The notes under the pieces were generated by a model. That model saw only the letters and a program-made list of their open reading frames with translations, did no database searches and was not told where the DNA came from. A stretch of 64,000 nucleotides of DNA. Origin: Flaccisagitta enflata (Eukaryota). Shown piece after piece: positions 44,471-56,713 of the stretch (the first letter of the stretch is position 1; the number at the start of each line of letters is the position of its first letter). The stretch is taken from positions 35,588,001 through 35,652,000 of the forward strand of contig OZ231126.1 of the NCBI GenBank assembly GCA_965153355.1. Direction: 5' to 3'. The position numbers were made by a program, and so were the translations under genes.

Positions 44471-45282
44471 ACTGCCGTAGATTGAAGGTTGATTCGTAAA
44501 AAACACAATGAAAGTCACTAAAATCACCAATTGTGCAATTGCTGCACAAAGTACAAGTCACAGTAAATATCACAAGTGTGAAGCCAAATTTGCTAAAACA
44601 AGTTTTTCATTTATCGGATTTTTAAGTATGGTGTACGCGTTTCCAGAGTAAATGTCAATTGTCACAGTCAAGTCTTGAAGGATGAATAGAGACGTTCTGA
44701 AGATGTGAGAAGCGAAGACGACGTAAAATGTACACAATTTACAGCATGGGTTTGGACCCAGTGGTAGAATGCATGTGTAATGTAGAAGGAAGACATTGAA
44801 GTGTCCCGTCCGAAATTTTCCGCCACCATCCGAACACGGCAGATCTCGCGTCTGCAGTGGGTCCAGGGCCGCAAAGATTAATTGAGGAGTACAACGAGGT
44901 ATGGAAGTGGACGTCAAGAGGGAAGGAAATCCCCGGATGCGAGAGTACCAGAGACATCCAAAGTGTCAACCTTTGCCACGGAGGTAGAACTCCCCAGAAG
45001 ACACTTAAGTTGGCTTGCAACTCGTAAGTCGAATGGCCCTCCGGTCTGAACACCAGTCAGGGTTAAGTCAGGCGCTCTATCCACCAGGAGGATGCGCGTC
45101 GTCCAGCCAGGGACTTAACATGAAATTGCAAACATCCTCGGCGATGGTTGGTCAGCCAAGTCAAACACAAGCGGTGCCAGCCGACCATAAGCGAAATATC
45201 TGTCACAGGCCTATGGAATAAGCGGAATCAAAGAGGTGGGTGGGCGGCGGGCTCGTCCCCGACTGCCATGTACAGTCAGAGA

Positions 45283-45297
45283 CCGGTTGATGCACCA
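45283..45297 (-). promoter_or_regulatory. Primer binding site, tRNA-Gly-like
   Basis: TGGTGCATCAACCGG, 2 nt after the 5' LTR; complementary to a ...GATGCACCA tRNA 3' end, resembling tRNA-Gly(GCC). Confidence 0.75.
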
Positions 45298-45299
45298 GA

Positions 45300-45710
45300 T
45301 GTTAGGTGCCAGTCTCACCTGGTAGAGGGTCGCGTAGAGATGGTATCTCTATAATGTCTGTACAATGATGAGGAAATCATCTGGGAAAGGGAGAAGGCAC
45401 AAGTATGTATATGACGCACTGGTAACGATGTACATGATGATGATAAGCAGGTAATGCTGAATGGAAAGGGGGAGAATGCTCGTAAGTAAAGGGCCACGCG
45501 GTAAGGGTAGTAATGGTAATGGTAATCAGTATAGGTCAGGAAGGAAACGCGCACACCATATCAGAACGTCCTGTAAATATGAGAACGACAGTTTGAATAA
45601 TGACACGAGCGAAGACAGATCCAATGACAGCATCAGGAGATGACAGGAATGACAGAAACACGGTACAAATGATAACGGGAAAGTAAAGTGGCATGAATGA
45701 ACCTCTAACA
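45300..45710 (-). repeat. 5' LTR (411 bp)
   Basis: TG...CA inverted termini, adjacent to the PBS; identical by eye to the other LTR apart from 108 extra bp. Confidence 0.95.
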
Positions 45711-45851
<141 letters not shown>

Positions 45852-46137
45852 AATGGAACGCCGTTTTTCACAGCCAGAAAAAAGAAGAAAAAAAAGTATT
45901 CGAGTTGTTTTTCAGCAATGATGATGTTTTATGGGCGGTGCTAAGAAACACCTGCTCGACATTTCTTTGACTTTTCTCGGCATATCCCTACTTCTACCTT
46001 GGGCTTGGCTGCCCTGTACGCACATGCTTATACGCACGCACGAAAGCACGCGCTCATTCGCACAATTACACGTTCGCACATGAATTTTTGCCCAAAACAT
46101 TGCATTGCATCGCATATCGAGCTTTTCCTAATTTGCC

Positions 46138-46168
<31 letters not shown>

Positions 46169-46916
46169 ATAAGTCGAGACCTTTCCTTTATTTCATATGT
46201 ATGATGCGATCACATTGAATAATTCTGCATATTGCAAACTGTGTAAACTATGCTATGACATGCCTCTCCTTCTCACTCTCCGCTCCCTCTGCTTTCCCGT
46301 TTTCTCCTTAAATTTAAATTGTTTCTGTAATATATTGGTTGATCAACTTTTTCTTTGTTTTGTGCCACACATTTTGATGTATGATTACTTTCAAGTATAC
46401 ATTCATATGGAGCAAGAATAATCTCAGGGGTGGAAATAAAGTGAGCGAAGTAAGAAGTTAAAATGAATTAATGCCCTGATTGAATCCGACCCATGAAACA
46501 TTCAACCATGCGAAGCAACTTCATGGTTCTAGATAAAGTACAGCGATCGATACAGTCTGGCTCTTTGTGCGTGGGCTAAAAAATGCTGAAAGAAAATATT
46601 CATGATTCTATTCAACCACCTTTATATTATACATCGACTGCCTCTGCCTCTTCTCTTGAGTTCAACGCGCCGAAGATAATTATCAGACCTTCCATTAAAT
46701 GTGTTTCTCTCTCTCTCTTTAACCCCCCCCCTTCTTCCCCACCCCTCCTCTTTCATTTTGATTTTGATTTTTGCCTCTTCTCGATTTCCATTTTTCCATA
46801 TGAAAAGGGTGAAGGGGGAGAAGGCTTTGATTGAGCTAGAGGGCAAAGTGTTTGACCGCCCTCATAACGGGCCTTTCAAAGGAGCAAAAGTCAAAGAGAA
46901 ATGAAAGAAACTTTCT

Positions 46917-47012
<96 letters not shown>

Positions 47013-48265
47013 ATACACACAGAATCAATTACAGACAAACGGAAATACGGGCAAACGGATAGGTAAGATAATGAGAGATGGACGCAAAGAGTGTGGAGGA
47101 CGAAAAGCATGCACAGAGCTGCAGAGATGTTTAAAGTCGTGATGACCGACGAAAGGTCTCTGATAGAAAATAGAGAAGATAGAAGAAAGAGAGAAAGAGA
47201 GAAAGAGAGAAAGAGAGAAAGAGAGAAAAAGAGAAAAAGAGAAAAAGAGAAAAAGAGAAAAAGAGAAAGAGAGAAAGAGAGAAAGAGAGAAAGAGAGAAA
47301 GAGAGAAAATATAAGTGAAAGAGAGAAAGAGAAAAAGAAAAGATGAGGTAAAAAGGAAATGATATTAAGGCGCAAATCTGAGAAAGTGGGCACGCCCTCG
47401 TTGGACTCGTTTGACGCCTCCCATGTCCAACAAATCAGGACTGACTCGTCTTTATCATTAGACGACCCTCGGCCTCGGAGAATCGTCAGTCGTGATGACG
47501 AAGGCGACCAACTTATTTGCGAGCCTGAAAACGACAATTTCACGTTTCCTATCATTGGTTATCACGATGTTTTACGACTTGACTGTCTTCATCATCTCTG
47601 TCAAACGACTTGACTCTCGCTTGACCACATCTTGGTCGAGTGAGACACCTCTTTTATGAAACGTTTCATCTCCTCTACGATATCACATATCAGATCAGGG
47701 ACATCTATTAGCCAAACGCTTCTATTCCAGGTTTTGGCCCTATACACTTATTAGTCGCGGACACGCGACTCTACACCTTACTGCGTCGGTAGGTCAGTCC
47801 CTCTGTCCGTAAAATTCTTTAATTGTGTGTGTTTTTCGCATTACTGCTCCTGCCCAACCGTCCGCGACTGGATTGCCGTGTATCCGGCCTTGTTACACTA
47901 TCATCAAGTGATGGAGATGATTCTTTTCTTTTTTCCTCCTTTTTTGAGAAAGTTCGCAGGATCCTCCTCTCCCCTTTCACCCTCTTTTCGTTACTCAATC
48001 ATTTGCACTTCTTCCTCCTCCTCCTCCTCCTCCTCTTCCTGCTCCTCCTCTTTGCTTATCGCCTTTTTTCCTCTTCCGAATCAAAAGCGGAAGTACGTTT
48101 GCGGTTACGTCGTCGCTTTTTGGCCCATGTTTGTTAGATTTGTATGTTTGATAAAGATATTTTTTCTTTCTTTTTTTTTGTTTTTTTGTTTTCTGTTTGT
48201 TTGTTTGTTTGTTTGTTTGTTTGTTTGTTTGTTTGTTTGTTTGTTTGTTTGTTTGTTTGTTTGTT

Positions 48266-48305
<40 letters not shown>

Positions 48306-49042
48306 TTTCTTTCTTTTTTTCTTTCTTTCATTTCTTTTTCTCAATCATTCTATCTTTTTTTTCCTTCTCTTTTCTTTTCTTTTCTTTTAAGAAAGTATCA
48401 AAAAAGGTTGCAGTTCCTTTGACAATCTTCGTCTTGGTCTTAGTCATCGACGCCTTGCTTTCAGCTCAAAAAAGAAAAAAAAAAAGAAAAAGAAAAGAAA
48501 AGAGAAAGAAGAAAAAAATTTGGCGCAATTTGGCAAAAGGCTCTTTTGAACAGGAGGCGCATAAACTGCGAGTAATGATCGTTTGGAATTGAGTGAAGGA
48601 GGCCAAAGAGAGGGAGGGAAGGGGGAAGGAAGGAAGGGAAGGGGGGAAAAGAGGAGGAACAGGGCAAGGAAGCAGGAAAGGAAGGACCGAACTAGGAAGG
48701 AAGGGGAGAAGTAGCAGGTGGAAGAGGTTTGGTTTAAGCCGATGCCGTAAAGTCCCATGAGGCTAACTTTGGCATTTTTGGTAAGAGGTGGTTTAGTGTT
48801 AGGTGACTATGGATAGAAACAAGGCCGGATACACGGCTAACCCATTCGCGTGCGGATGGGTAGCAGTGCTGGAGAAGGTCACTAGAGCATTTGGGCAAGA
48901 GCAGTAGGCTCAAAAAAGTAAAAAGAGGACTGACCGTCCGACCAACCGACCGACCAACCGACCAACCGACCAATGGACTGACATAGCGGGGTGTAGAGTC
49001 GCGTGGCATGCTACTAAAAAAAGAACAAGAGCAACAACAACA

Positions 49043-49138
<96 letters not shown>

Positions 49139-49380
49139 CGAAGATACCGATGAAATAATGAAACAAGATCAGGATCGACAGCGATGAACGGACTACCCAT
49201 AGATTATCTACGCTGAGGGTAATTAGGCAACTAAGGCAAGCTCCGAGCCGAGTTATCGAGGTGTTGGGTTTGGCGTCAATTTTGGCTTTGATCCAGGCAA
49301 AATTACCTCAACGCCCTTTCCCTTGTTTTCGTTGAACACTCCCGAAAATTAAGACAAAATGTTCCGCTTTGTTTCTCCTA

Positions 49381-49481
<101 letters not shown>

Positions 49482-49813
49482 TCATTCGTTTTCGCCTTAG
49501 AGCTTCCCGCGCGAGTGATTCTTAATCCAGACAGCCTATACTTGTATTATATGTAATTGTTGACATCGGCGTCACTCGCGATGATAAGAGTGAATGAGAC
49601 CATGTTAATGTGACCGCTTGCGTCGGTTTTTTTTAAACACATTTACATCGACTCTCTTCTTGGATCTAGATGAAATGTATGATTAAAATGGAATGTTTAA
49701 GAAGTGAACGATAAAAGCATGATTGTTGCCTGCCGTATCTTTGACTTAAAATTTTTCTCATCAATACTACATTTTCTCTTATCTCTCTATCCCCCCCCCT
49801 TCCTACCCTTCAG

Positions 49814-50088
49814 GCGACGACGGTCAAGACGATGACGTGGACATCGACGATTATGACGACGAGGAAGTTGGTATCGACGACGCCGACTCCCTCGTCTCTT
49901 CCGGCGTGGATCGAGGCCCAGGAAGCGGCCTCGGCGGCGCCGGCGGCGGCAACAAAGGCCGCCGCCGAAGAACGGCTTTCACCAGCGAACAATTGCTCGA
50001 ACTCGAAAAGGAATTTCACGCCAAAAAATATCTGAGTCTCACGGAAAGATCGCAAATCGCGCACACGCTGAAACTCAGCGAAGTACAA
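49814..50088 (+). CDS. Gbx: Gbx/unplugged exon: acidic linker plus homeodomain up to the start of helix 3
   Basis: Encodes [43 protein letters not shown], the diagnostic Gbx homeodomain; cccttcag| acceptor and CAA|gtgagt donor. Confidence 0.95.
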
Positions 50089-50428
50089 GTGAGTACGACA
50101 AAATGCCGGAAATTTCTGTTTTGGAATGACAATATCATTCAAGTCACAATTGCCTGATGTATGCTGGAGCTGTATGAACGTCAAGATACCCTGTATGCCA
50201 TATCTAACTTGCAGTTATCGCTAAGATGTTTGAAGGATTGGTCGAACAAATTGATAGGGAATCTCTTCTATAGCGAAAAGTCAGGGAAACCCTAATCATT
50301 GTCTAGTCGACGTTCTTAAACTATTTCTCCCTCAATTTATCTCTTCCACTTCCGTGGACAAAAACTCATTCCCGCTTTCATCTCTTCTTTTTCTTTTCTT
50401 TTTCTCCCCGTCCCAACAAAAAAAAAAG

Positions 50429-50707
50429 GTTAAGATCTGGTTTCAAAATCGTCGGGCCAAATGGAAGCGCGTCAAGGCCGGCATCGCCCACGGCCGCGCC
50501 ACGGCCGGCGCTTCCGGCCTCGGTCCCGCCGGCGCCGGGGGAGCAGGAGGCGCCGGTGGAGGGGTTGGAGGAGCGGGAGGAGGAGGAGCAGGAGGCGGAG
50601 GAGGAGGAACGACGAAACTGGTCGTCCCAATTCCGGTCCACGTCAACCGATTCGCCATCAGATCTCAACATCAGCAGTTGGAAAAGGCCGCTAGATCAGC
50701 GCAGCAG
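50429..50707 (+). CDS. Gbx: Gbx exon: homeodomain helix 3, Gly-rich linker and conserved Gbx C-terminal motif
   Basis: VKIWFQNRRAKWKRVKAG...KLVVPIPVHVNRFAIRSQHQQLEK (Gbx-family PIPVHV/RSQHQ motif); aag|GTT acceptor and CAG|gtcagt donor. Confidence 0.95.
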
Positions 50708-50797
50708 GTCAGTAGCTTCATTTCAAGAATTTAGGATGTGTGATGATAATGATGACGATGATGATAATGATGATGATGATGATGAAGCATTGATGAC

Positions 50798-50884
<87 letters not shown>

Positions 50885-50902
50885 ATCTTTATGTTGATAC
50901 AG

Positions 50903-51532
50903 GCTGCTGCTATGGCGCAGGCGCATTCGTCCGGCCGATCTTTAACTCCCAACGGTGGTCAGATATCTCCCGGCAGCGTTGGCGGCGGTTCCGGCGCCTC
51001 AGTCGGTTACGGCGCCGGATTTCCTTTCGGCGAAGGCGCTCTCGTCGTTTCCGGCGCCAAGGCGACGTTGGATGGCGCCAGTGGCGTCTTCCGGCCGCCG
51101 AACAGCGACAAAAATAAAGGCCCGTTTGGTGGGAGATCGAGGGGCGCCGGAATTGGCGCTGCCGGCGCCACGTCCGACGCCATATCTCTCGCTGGCGTTG
51201 GTTTTTCCGCCTCCAGTTTCGGTTCGACGTCGCCGCTGACGTCGCCGATTCATCCCTCGGCTCTGTCCTTAGATGCCGCCGAGTCAGCGCTCTCAAGAAT
51301 CGCCAAAGGAAATGACTATCCCTCAGCTCACCCTCCTCATCCTCAACCTCATCCTCCACCACCTCCGCCTCCTCCTAGCGTGGGCGCTACAGACCACGTG
51401 GGCAGCGCCAGGGACGCCTTAAGCAAAGAGGCGGTGGGCATCGCGAGTAGAAGAGATCCGATGGGCATCACGAGCAGCAGAGATTCATTAAGTGGCATCG
51501 CGAGTCTAAGCGCGCCGAGAATCAGCTGTTAG
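50903..51532 (+). CDS. Gbx: Probable terminal Gbx exon, ~209-aa low-complexity extension ending in TAG
   Basis: atacag|GCT acceptor in phase 0, in frame with ORF 50891..51532; GC-rich coding-like composition. Confidence 0.75.
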   Translation, partial: AAAMAQAHSSGRSLTPNGGQISPGSVGGGSGASVGYGAGFPFGEGALVVSGAKATLDGASGVFRPPNSDKNKGPFGGRSRGAGIGAAGATSDAISLAGVGFSASSFGSTSPLTSPIHPSALSLDAAESALSRIAKGNDYPSAHPPHPQPHPPPPPPPPSVGATDHVGSARDALSKEAVGIASRRDPMGITSSRDSLSGIASLSAPRISC

Positions 51533-52270
51533 ATGATTGATTGTAAACGTTTCATTACTTCGAAGGCAAAATGCGAGGCATGCCTCAAATAGCAGGTCAT
51601 AAGTAATAATGTCTCTTTGATTGATTGGGTCAAAATTTGAGGAGAAGTAAATGCCCTTATTGTTGACCTTCTGATGAAGTATTGCACATGTGTTAGTAAG
51701 ATTCAGGGTAAAATGCCAACTACAGTCAGAAAATTGTCAGGCTCTTTGTCGTTGGCCTCAAAAATGGATGTTAATACATCAAAAAGTATTCTTTCCCTCC
51801 CCAGTATTTTAGCTGTTGTGGGCTATCAGTCATTTCTTAATGTCCTCTTAATGTGTTAAAATAGAAATAGAAAAACTTGACTGTTTCGTTTTGTGTTAGA
51901 TGGCTGTCCTTAAAAGAATCTCTCATCATCGTATTTTCTTGTAATTTCATAATTTCATCGACAGACTTTGTCATATTGGAGGCAATTGCACATGCCATCT
52001 CAGTTGGACAATTCCATGTATCTGCTAAATATACCCTATAATTGTTTTTTGCTCCCATAAACGTTGGATCAAATGATCGTTACTCTAGCTCCCTTGATGT
52101 TTCTATCAAATTCAACATCGCTTGATGATGCTCTCATGATTCTCATGATCCTCAACGAAATTTGTAGGCTATCCAGAAAGAAAACCACGTAATCGTCAAT
52201 ATTTCTATCCCGTAAGTCAGTCCCAATCCCGTTTTGTACTCATTTTCATGTCCGCCTTTGTTTCTCGGCG

Positions 52271-52276
52271 AATAAA
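52271..52276 (+). promoter_or_regulatory. Candidate polyadenylation signal of Gbx
   Basis: AATAAA ~740 nt after the stop codon, followed by T-rich sequence. Confidence 0.45.
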
Positions 52277-52778
52277 TGTCTTGAAACGAACATTTCTTTG
52301 AGCTTCTGTACAAATTCATTATCATGCTCTATTTGATCAGAGCGCTTTAAGAGTAGCCCGTGGAAACTTAGTTAACTAGCTAGAAAATGTAGAATCACCT
52401 CCAACCTGAGGCCGAGGGGGAAGTGTTGTATAATTTTTAGGTGCGACCTCTATAACTGGCTGTGTCCGTCGGTCTGTCGGTAACGAGTTCGTTCGACGAT
52501 CCACACGTCGCACCTTATTGGCCTACATGGCCTTGTTTCTTATGAGAACCTAGTTTATAAAAACATCAATGAAAGAAATAATCCATAATCAAGAACATTG
52601 TAGTTGTTTAATTAGTAGCTATTATATTTCTATCTCGTTTGAAGGCTTTGGCCAAAAAATGACGTTCTTATGAAGAAAAAAAATAATAAACAAAGATTAA
52701 TCTTTTTTTGAGAACACTATTTTTCCCCAAACCCTTGCCAAAGAGATTTAATGTCAGTCAAGATGACATGGTAGGGTA

Positions 52779-53449
52779 CACTCTTTTTTTTTTATAAGCA
52801 CCTCGTTTATAAGCACGCCCAGCCTCAGATATTGGGAAAATTTAAGCACATTGCTAAGCACGCTCCAGGCTGAGATTTTCCATTCGAAAAAAATTATTGA
52901 TGATTTTCCAAAAATATGCCAATTCTTATACATTTTTGGTTGGAATTTCACAAAAACAAATAGAAACTTTGATAGAATTTGAAATCATCTATAATATAAG
53001 TCTGTCAGTACATTCAAGATTTTGATAGATACTGATAGATAGATACTGATAGAAATGATTAAATTTCTAATGATATTTAAGAATATTATTGCTAGATACT
53101 ATTGTCAATAAGAATTTATTGCTGTAAAAAGCACCACCCTAAAAAGAAAAAATAAAGCATGATACTAAATAACATAAAAAATCTAAAAAAATCTATATCA
53201 GGTTATGAAACTAATCTCATCCCATGGTTTATATGAAAGTAGGACAACGCCAGTGAAAGATACTGTATATTTTTTTTATAAAAAATACATTCATTACTGT
53301 GTTTTATATTATACTTTATTCTATACTACACAATACTATAATAAATGATAAGCACGCACTTAAGCACATTTCAGCCTCGAAAATGAGATTTTGCTAAGCA
53401 CGCTCAGCCTCAGCCAAAAAAAGAGCGTGCTTATAAAAAAAAAAAAGTG
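52779..53449. mobile_element. MITE, TA target
   Basis: TA|CACTCTTTTTTTTTTATAAGCAC...GTGCTTATAAAAAAAAAAAAGTG|TA; subterminal TAAGCACG repeats. Confidence 0.85.
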
Positions 53450-54210
53450 TAGTCGCTTTTTCGGTTGTCACCCTTCACCTTCGCTGTCACTCATCACGGT
53501 CCTCACCTGTCGGGAAGTCGGCGCCTGAGGCTCGTAGTCATTAATCTCAATCAATGTCGTTCTGCGACGTCTTCTGTTTTTCGGGTAATTTCCTCCAAAA
53601 CCGACCAGCGAAGGGTGCGCTTTCTCTTTCATCTTAAAGCTCCGTCGACGAACAAAAAACTGCAATTTCATTGATTGATAGATTGATTAATCGATTGATT
53701 GAATGGTTGATGCACTTGGCTGGGTTATCATCTATAATCAAATCGTCTAATCAGTTATTTTTCCAATTAATTAAGCTTTTCGAGTGTTGTTTGCACAGAT
53801 AGGACATGATTGTTTTTTTTTATTATTTTTCTGCCATTAGTGACTGTTTTTATAACTGTTACAATGTGGTTGTAGGTTGTGGCCGATGTTTACATTCCAA
53901 TGAAATTCATTGCCATACAAAAAACTACTAACTCACCTGTAGTTCACTGCCTTTTACATATTTTCAGCATGCTTCAAAGTTCTTGCACACCAATTAATTA
54001 CTATAAGGCTTTGTGCATCTCCGTGCTTTTGACACAACAGCCTGGAAAAATGTGAACGATCAGTCTAGGTATCCTAGACATTCATGAATATACGTCTTTT
54101 GTAACACCAAACGCAATTCTTCGACGCAACCCATATTTTCCTTCATGCTAAAAACACTCGATTGAAACAACCGAAATCTTCACTTTATTGTGTTTTTCAT
54201 CTCCTGCCGC

Positions 54211-54270
<60 letters not shown>

Positions 54271-54848
54271 TCCTCCTTCTTCTTCCTCCCATTTTGGATT
54301 TTCTACCCAAATCTCCGTGGTTCACCTGAATTTCATCCTCCTCTTCCTCCTCCTCCTATTCCTTCTCCTCCCTCCTGTGCCGTTCTCCTCATTGCCAAAA
54401 AAGTGTCACTCGCACATTGGTTTTTGTCTAAGATTTATTTCCGCGGCGTGACGACGTTTGCTCTGTCGGGGGGAATCCCAATCGGCCGGATGGAGACACC
54501 GCAGTGAGGGATGAGGGCGGGAGGAGGGGGGAGGGACGCCGCAGTGAGGGATGTAAGGGCAGGGAGGGGGGAGGAGAGGAAGCAAGATGAGTGAGGGTAT
54601 AGGTAAGGAGAAAAGAATAACAAGGCCGGATACACGGCCGCCAGTTGCGGACGAGTGGGCAGGGGCGGAAATGCGCGTTTTCCCAGTTTTCGGCTCGATG
54701 GTTACGGACGGACGGACGGACGGACGGGCGGACAAAGCCTCTTATAGAGTTGCGTGTCCGCATTTAAAAAGATAAATGCTTTGGGGGTAGGTGGAGAGAG
54801 ATATGAGTACTATGAGGGGTAGAAAGGAGGGATCTGGTAGGGCCAAGG

Positions 54849-54916
<68 letters not shown>

Positions 54917-55047
54917 CAAATTACATTAATCCATAATTTTATATATATAAGCATTATCAGCACATAGACCGACTCTAATACTTATCCTCAGACCTATCTC
55001 TATGCTACCTATCTTAAGCTCCACGATACCTAACTCTAAAACTATTA

Positions 55048-55190
55048 CAGTTAAATCCCGCTCCAACGGATTTCATTACAAATTCCATCTGTTATAGGCG
55101 GAATTTTATTCTAGCTAATATAGAAAATAAAACAAAACAGATTGAAGGGAGTTCCGCTAGAAACGGGTCCGTTAGAGCGGGGTTCAACTG
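55048..55190. mobile_element. Short pogo/Tigger-like MITE
   Basis: TA|CAGTTAAATCCCGCTCCAACGGA...CCGTTAGAGCGGGGTTCAACTG|TA. Confidence 0.8.
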
Positions 55191-55224
55191 TACCATAAGC
55201 TCCCAATTTGATTGCACTATCTTC

Positions 55225-55915
55225 CAGGTCGCCCAAGGGCAATATTTGGTCAGCGATTTCCGTTGCCCTGCTTTGCAGAAGCGTAAATTGAAGTGAGAGG
55301 AAGTAGGGCAGTGGCCCTACCTCGAAGGGAACGAAGTCTTGTAGAACACAGGGGGAATTTCGTTCGTCTAGCCTGAATCAATCGATAAGGCACTGACAAG
55401 ACCAGACAACGATTGAGGGTGTTTGATGGCCTGACCTGATATGAGGGCTCCCTGAAGATTGATCAAGCCCGGAAGAAGCAAGTTGGACTAATTTGAAGCC
55501 TGAGAGGGCTGAAATAAGCCCTTTGCAGGCCTCAGAGGGCTGGTTTGAGGCCTGACATGGCAGAGTGGAGGCCTGAAATGGCTGATTTGAGGCCTGAGAG
55601 GGCTGAACGAAAGGGCGGATTTTAAGCTTGGGATGACCGATTTGATGTATGAAGGGGAAGATTGTAGGTCTAAGAGGGCAGATTTTAGGCCTGGAGGGCA
55701 GAATTTAGACCTGAGAGGGTATATATCAGGTCTGATGGGGCAGATTTCAGGCTTTAAATGGTATATTTCAGGTCTGAGAGGCACGGGGGGGACGAATAGA
55801 TGGATGGACGGATGGACAAATGGATGAACGGATGGATTAATAGATGGACAGAAGGAAGTACAAAATGAAAAGTCCCCCTTATGTTCTACAGGACTCGGTC
55901 CATTTTTGGACCTGA
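55225..55915 (-). mobile_element. Family A-related element, reverse orientation, degenerate
   Basis: GGGCAGTGGCCC motif, TGTAGAACACAGGGGGAA / CCCCTTATGTTCTACAGG inverted pair, 21-bp GGCCTGAGAGGG repeats. Ends approximate. Confidence 0.55.
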
Positions 55916-56542
55916 AATAGCAACTTGTTTAGGACCGACCGACCGACCGACCGACCATCCATCTGACGGACATTGCGGGTTATAATTTAAACATTTTAAG
56001 AGATTTTAAACTCGATAGTAACGGTGGACGGTCGACGGTGGAGCTAAGCCTCTTATTGGCGCTCTTGTAAGCTAAAAGCGAGTCAATTGATTTTACGAAA
56101 TTTTAGGGCGATATGTTATTATCATGATATGTGCCAGATATAATTGTTATTAGTAAAAAGTGGGTTAGAATTTCTTTATTCAAGAAACAAAACAAAAAAA
56201 AGAATTGATACAATTGCATGAAATGACATCTTCCATACCTCCATACCTCCATACCTCCATTTAATCGCGAGCACACGACTCTACAACCCGCTATGTCGGT
56301 CGGTCTTTTTTTTTTTTTTTCTTCAGAGTTCATGTTCCAATTGATGTTTTTAATTTGATCAGATATGAAAGAGAAAGAGAAATGGAACATGGTTAATATC
56401 AGCGTTTGTATCAATGTTATCTTTTTTTTTTAAATCAATGAATTCCTCTATAAACTACTGACAATTCCCGATAGTTAGTAACGGCCCAGTAGAATCAATT
56501 ATGTCTCTCCAGTCTCCTATTGGATAGCGGATTGAATAGCGT

Positions 56543-56713
56543 TTTTAGTTGCGGACACGCAACTCTATAAGAGGCTTTGTCCGTCCATCCGTTTGTCGGT
56601 TGGTCAGTCGGTCGGTTGGTCGGTCCGTCACACTCGAGTTGAAAAGTGGGAAATCGCGTATTTCCGCCCCTGCCCACCCGTCCGCAACTGATGGCCGTGT
56701 ATCCGGCCTTGTT
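56543..56713 (+). mobile_element. DINE-1/HINE-like short element, family B (representative copy)
   Basis: TTTTAGTTGCGGACACGCAACTCTATAAGAGG-(GTCS)n-...GTGTATCCGGCCTTGTT. Related copies at ~5061-5256, 5806-5910, 10030-10210, 13077-13270, 17468-17670, 23952-24133, 47750-47893, 48818-49020, 52436-52538, 54618-54768, 57646-57790 and 58915-59030. Confidence 0.75.

Larger units (their letters stand above)
40326..45710 (-). mobile_element. LTR retrotransposon, gag-only (non-autonomous), Ty3/gypsy-like
   Basis: Direct LTRs TGTTAG...CTAACA at 40326-40628 and 45300-45710; 4-bp TSD ATAT (40322-40325, 45711-45714); PBS and PPT on the - strand; single long ORF. Confidence 0.95.
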
